Shown: positions 62,333-64,000 of the stretch, piece after piece
How positions within the stretch are numbered: position 1 is the first letter of the stretch
How the letters are laid out: the number at the start of each line of letters is the position of its first letter
Assembly: GCA_902604545.1 (NCBI GenBank)
Contig: CACKZG010000001.1
Location: 96 to 64,095 of the forward strand
Reading direction: 5' to 3'
DNA length: 64,000 nt
Source: an uncultured Pelagibacteraceae bacterium
Lineage (GTDB): Bacteria > Pseudomonadota > Alphaproteobacteria > Pelagibacterales > Pelagibacteraceae
Program-made: the position numbers and the translations under genes
The notes under the pieces: model-generated
Database searches by the model: none
What the model saw: only the letters and a program-made list of their open reading frames with translations
What the model was told of the DNA's origin: nothing

Positions 62333-62989
62333 TTAATTATTACTAATTTCCACTATTTCATTAGACTCGAATACTTGTTGTCTAAAGTCACCATTAGAAA
62401 TTTTAATCATTGCTTTTGCAACTTTTTCAGATTGAATTGGTTTCATTTTTTTTAATGGTCCTAAAAATAAAGGTGATAATAATTTAAATACAAAAATACC
62501 TAATTTCTCTCCTAATCTTTTTTCTTTTCTATCTCCCATTAAAAAAGAAGGTCTCATTATTCCAAGTTTATTAAAACTCAATCTTTTTAACTCTTCCTCT
62601 ACTAATCCTTTAAATTTTAAATAATCTCCTGAACTATTAGGATCTGCATAGCCTGAAGAGACAAAAACAAATGAATTTACTGAGTTAGATTTTGTTATTT
62701 GTGCGATTTGTTTTGGTAAATCAAGTTCAACTCTTCTATATTCATCTTTATCAGGTGAATTTTGCTTTGTAGTACCAATGCAAAAATAACAGTGGTCACC
62801 TGTCATCTCTTCTTTATGCTTTTCCATATTATTAAAATCAGTTTTAACAATCTCAACTTTAAGATCATTAATGATGATTTCTGAACGTACAAAAAGTTTA
62901 ATTTTATTATAGTTCTCATTTTTTATCAATTGATCAAGAAGATGACCACCAACTAAACCTGATGAACCAAAAACTATGGCTGTTTTCAT
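62333..62989 (-). CDS. NAD(P)-binding Rossmann protein (atypical SDR, YraR/TIP30-like)
   Basis: GSSGLVG, CIGTT, YLKFKG..EE, RPSFL. Confidence 0.85.
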   Translation of the reverse strand: MKTAIVFGSSGLVGGHLLDQLIKNENYNKIKLFVRSEIIINDLKVEIVKTDFNNMEKHKEEMTGDHCYFCIGTTKQNSPDKDEYRRVELDLPKQIAQITKSNSVNSFVFVSSGYADPNSSGDYLKFKGLVEEELKRLSFNKLGIMRPSFLMGDRKEKRLGEKLGIFVFKLLSPLFLGPLKKMKPIQSEKVAKAMIKISNGDFRQQVFESNEIVEISNN

Positions 62990-64000
62990 TAATTTAAGGA
63001 CTTACAAAAAATAGATATTTTATCCATTGCTTTTTTTAAATTTTCCATAGAAGTTGCATATGAAATTCTAAAAAAACCTTCTAAACCAAATGCAGAACCT
63101 TGGACTACAGCGATTCCACTATTCTCTAATAATGATTGAACAAAATCAGTATCAGATTTAATTTCAGTTCCATTAGGATCTTTTTTGCCCATTAAACCTT
63201 TGCAACTTGGAAAGACATAGAAAGCTCCATCTGGATTGAGACATTCAATTCCATCTATTGCATTTAAAGCATTTACAATAAAGTCTCTTCTCTCCTGGAA
63301 GGAATTTGCTCTTTCTTTAATAAATTCTTGTGTTCCGCTTAATGCTTCAACTGCAGCAGCTTGGCTAATAGAAGAAGGATTGGTTGTTGATTGTGATTGA
63401 ATTTTAGCAATAGCTTTAACAATGTCTTTTGGACCAGCTGCATATCCTATTCTCCAGCCTGTCATTGAATAAGCTTTACTTACACCATTCATTGTAAGCA
63501 CTCTATCTTTTAAACTATTGATTTGAGCAATTGTAAAAAATTTGAAACCCTCATAAGTCACATGTTCATAAATATCATCGCTTAAAATATACACATGATT
63601 ATGTTTTTCCAAAATATCTGCAATTGCTTTTATATCTTGCTCTGAATAACATGCTCCAGTTGGATTTGAAGGAGAATTGAGAATAATCCATTTTGTTTTT
63701 GGAGTTATAAATTTCTCAAGATCATTTGGATTTATTTTAAAACCTTGATTTTCATCACATTCCATTATCACTGGTTTTCCTCCAGCTAATAAAACCATAT
63801 CGGGATAAGAAACCCAATAAGGAGCAGGAACTATAACTTCATCGCCTTCGTTTAATGTAGCCATCATCGCATTATAAATTACATGCTTTCCTCCAGCACC
63901 AACTGTAATTTGATCAGTTGTATAATCTAAATTGTTTTCTTTTTTAAATTTTTCTACGATTGCTTTTTTCAATGCTGGAGTTCCATCTACTGCAGTGTAT
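62989..64000 (-). CDS. Aspartate aminotransferase (PLP class I), 5' end outside the window
   Basis: NSPSNPTG, SDDIY, SKAYSMTGWRIG; frame stays open to the window edge (YTAVDGTPAL). Confidence 0.93.
   Translation of the reverse strand, partial: YTAVDGTPALKKAIVEKFKKENNLDYTTDQITVGAGGKHVIYNAMMATLNEGDEVIVPAPYWVSYPDMVLLAGGKPVIMECDENQGFKINPNDLEKFITPKTKWIILNSPSNPTGACYSEQDIKAIADILEKHNHVYILSDDIYEHVTYEGFKFFTIAQINSLKDRVLTMNGVSKAYSMTGWRIGYAAGPKDIVKAIAKIQSQSTTNPSSISQAAAVEALSGTQEFIKERANSFQERRDFIVNALNAIDGIECLNPDGAFYVFPSCKGLMGKKDPNGTEIKSDTDFVQSLLENSGIAVVQGSAFGLEGFFRISYATSMENLKKAMDKISIFCKSLN

Overview
AT-rich, tightly packed chromosomal segment of a streamlined marine alphaproteobacterium. Gene content, composition and the blue-tuned proteorhodopsin point to SAR11/Pelagibacterales (inference). 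Order: a GT39-GT2-DUF1800-DUF1501 operon; dksA with two unannotated coupled micro-ORFs; proteorhodopsin followed by a di-iron desaturase/hydroxylase, ferredoxin, ferredoxin reductase and GST; prpE, SMR, pyrC, ygfZ, tRNA-Leu, nadA-nadC, fumC, uvrD, pepP; a rearranged dcw cluster (ftsZ moved behind mraZ, a MurE-MurF fusion, a half-size FtsA-like protein, no recN); rnpB, amidase, mlaA-mlaC; a ~1.7 kb integrase-less island at tRNA-Ile2(CAT) carrying three orphan ORFs and a candidate structured RNA; a tRNA-Val(GAC) with a non-canonical but compensated elbow; waaL-like, rpoD-dnaG-yqeY, carAB, trxB and a partial aspartate aminotransferase. No CRISPR array, transposase, integrase or rRNA was seen. All calls come from reading motifs by eye; no database search was run.
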